Source of the DNA: Phyllosticta citribraziliensis | Lineage: Eukaryota | Assembly: GCF_038025025.1 (NCBI RefSeq) | Contig: NW_027117341.1 | Location: 434,001 to 498,000, forward strand | Length of the DNA: 64,000 nt | Direction of reading: 5' to 3' | In this document: piece after piece, positions 61,638 to 64,000 of the stretch | How positions within the stretch are numbered: the stretch's first letter is position 1 | How the letters are laid out: every line of letters begins with the position of its first letter | Program-made: the position numbers and the translations under genes | The notes under the pieces: generated by a model | What the model was told of the DNA's origin: nothing | The model's input: the letters and a program-made list of their open reading frames with translations, nothing else | Database searches by the model: none

Positions 61638-61883
61638 TCAACGAAGGGAAACGTAGGTAGCAAAAGCTGCAGCCCGGTTGGCTTTATCACGGCGTTCTCG
61701 GCTTGCCGCTGCAGCCTCGGCGTGCGTCTTTGGAGCACTATCCTTTTCGGTAGAGTCCTTGTCAGACTTGTTCTTGGAGAACATGTTCTTCAAGACGCTG
61801 GTACTTGATGCCTTGGTGGAGGAGCTCTTCATAGATTCAGTGTCGCAAAGAGTCTTTTCGTCGGAGCTTTGCCTGGTAGACAT
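61638..61883 (-). CDS. Small (81 aa) Ser/Lys-rich hypothetical protein
   Basis: Strong fungal start context (CATCACCACC-ATG-TCT), pyrimidine-rich leader, coding-like codon use, helical C-terminus 'KANRAAAFATYVSLR'. Confidence 0.7.
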   Translation of the reverse strand: MSTRQSSDEKTLCDTESMKSSSTKASSTSVLKNMFSKNKSDKDSTEKDSAPKTHAEAAAASRERRDKANRAAAFATYVSLR

Positions 61884-62845
61884 GGTGGTGATGATAGAGG
61901 AAGTGTGTCGGGGGTTTGAGGGTGAGATGCCGTTTTCCGCTTAGCCGAGAGTCGTGAGAGTGATGGACTGGAAGTGAGGGAATATTCTTTCACAGTTGAA
62001 GTTGTCGAAGAGGGAAGATTTGGAGAGCTCGGGAATAGATCTGTTGAGTCAGGAACTCTGATTGTACCGTTAGAGCGGGGGAGCTTGTCTCTTTTTATCT
62101 GTGGAAGTGAGCAAAGAGTCATGCCTGCGAGCTTTAAGCACCGTTACTCCAGATACTTAACCGGGGAATCTATCGCGGCCGACCTTCAGTTTGCGCCACG
62201 TTCCGCAAAAATCAGAAAGGCTGCAAGTCAGCTTTTGCTCTCGCTGACGCTCTGCGGCGGAGTTGATGGCCCATCATAGTATGGCGTCAAGTGAAGAAAG
62301 CTTGTGCGCCAATGATTGGAGCATCAGCCCCAGGATACGGTAATTTGCATGTCAACAAAAGCGATGGGCGGTGGCTTCCGCTGTATGGCTTGGGCTGACG
62401 GTGTAGGATGCTCGAAACGGTGCGCCGCTTTTGGACACCGAAGGAGCTTGACGTGGGAATAAGATGGTGCACGTGCGTCGACGGGGCAAGGGTCTGGATG
62501 ATTCCGTCACCGGGTTGCTGCTTTTGGTTAGAGGCCGGGGAAGGCACCGACCATGTCAAAGGGCGGCAGCCTGGACATCATAACACATCAACAGTCCAAG
62601 TTGAGAGAACTTGCTCCTCACTTGTATATTGCTGCCTGGTGGTCTCTCACAGGGCGTGTACATGCAAGGGGCGCGCACACAATGTGACTCCTCCATGTCA
62701 GAGAGCATCTCGAGCATTTTCGTGTCGAACGAGTGACAAGCTTTCTTGGGGCGTTTATGGCTTGGGTGGCTTTGTCACCTTCACTGTTTCTGGATTTAGC
62801 TATGGTTGTTTTTCCGTGCGGATACATGGAAAATACTTTACTGAC

Positions 62846-64000
62846 TCACGCCACAGTTGGAAATGGAAACGACGCCGGGCTCTTGTATCCATTCCTACCA
62901 ACCGATCTGACTCCAAATATTACATTGTCCTTGCTCAATGGGACAGTTGCCGAGTTCACATTTTCAACTTCCACCACCCGGGTCCAGAGCGGTGCGTTGG
63001 TAGGCCTCCAGAGAATCTCGTAGCCTTGCAGCTCGGCATCATCGCTCGGCAGCCACAAAAGCGTCGAGTTGTTGGCTAGGATGCTGGTGTCGATGGTGAG
63101 ATTTCTGACAGAGCCAGGAGCTTGCGCCAGCGACCACAGCGCAGCCATATTGACCTTGGCCACTCGCGTTACAAAGTCGTAGTCGACGAATTCCGGCAGA
63201 TCTCCGAATTGTTGACCGTTTTCGATTCGGTTATCTTGGTGTTGATGCGCAAAATTCTCATTTGGCTCTGTGAATCGGACAGCGGAGTAACCTTGCTCCA
63301 AGAAAGGACGATGGTCACCACCCCGCAGAAATCGGTCCAGGCGGTATATTATGGCGACTTTCATGTCGGTGGCGTCGTTTGCGCCGACCTCGGCGATGAA
63401 GCGCGCGAGCTGACGCGCGGGAGAATCGTTTCCGCCCCCGGCCGTCAGACGCTGCGCTCTTTGGGTCTCGTCCTCGGTCAAGGGCAGACCCTGGGCAAAT
63501 ACTCGGATGCTGTTTGGGTCGCGAAGGTCTCCTTCTCCCGTTGGGCTTCCAATGATGTCATTGGTAAACATGCCTTCGACGTTCACACTGGAATTCTTGA
63601 GGGTTTGCGCGAGATATCTGGCTCCGTACAGCCCTTGTTCTTCTCCTGCGACTGCGACAAATAATATCGTGGCTCGGGGCCTTTTGGTCGCCATAATGCG
63701 AGCAAGTTCCATCACGACTATAAATGAGTATAGAACAAGACCTGAAGCGAAGGGTACTTACGCGCAACTCCGGATGCGTCGTCATTGGCGCCGGGTGCAT
63801 CGTCGGTGTAGTTGTCAATGTCTGTCACTCGACTGTCGTAATGTCCCGAGACAACGTAGACGCGTGATGGATCAGATGAGCCTTCCAGTCTGGCAATGAC
63901 ATTGTCGATTCGCGTTGGGAAAGGAAACCTCTCGTTGATTTCTTGGACATAACCCTCGACAGACACGTTCATCCGTCCCTCTGAAGTCTCGGCATGTTTG
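62846..64000 (-). CDS. Peptidase family M28 (zinc aminopeptidase-like); 5' end lies outside the window
   Basis: Exons >64000-63762 and 63717-62846. Zinc-ligand motifs 'SGHYDSR', 'APGANDDASGVA', 'AGEEQGLYG', 'NDIIG', 'GGDHRPF', 'HQHQD'. Confidence 0.92.

Overview
Eukaryotic DNA from a GC-rich filamentous ascomycete (Pezizomycotina; Dothideomycetes is my inference, not shown). It has short spliceosomal introns and about 20 protein-coding genes: La/LHP1, NAM9, SEC5, IDH2, CENP-L/Fta1-like, ARH1, a MARVEL-like membrane protein, a LIM+RhoGAP (RGA-type), STU1/CLASP, a BSP-family HEXXH protein, an SDT1-like HAD nucleotidase, a 900-aa disordered protein, a multi-KH RNA-binding protein, a rhodanese, a GLTP (HET-C2-like), EAF7, an F-box/LRR-like protein, an orphan helical-domain protein, an 81-aa microprotein and a partial M28 peptidase. 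Exon boundaries were read by hand. I found no tRNA, rRNA, CRISPR or intact transposon. The most unusual feature is non-coding: a diverged tandem array of about 520-620 bp units (about 20.7-23.35 kb). Each unit carries a back-to-back pair of TATA boxes, usually flanking a CACATG/CACGTG E-box, so neighbouring units would transcribe convergently. The same TATA/E-box layout recurs at about 57.0-58.3 kb.
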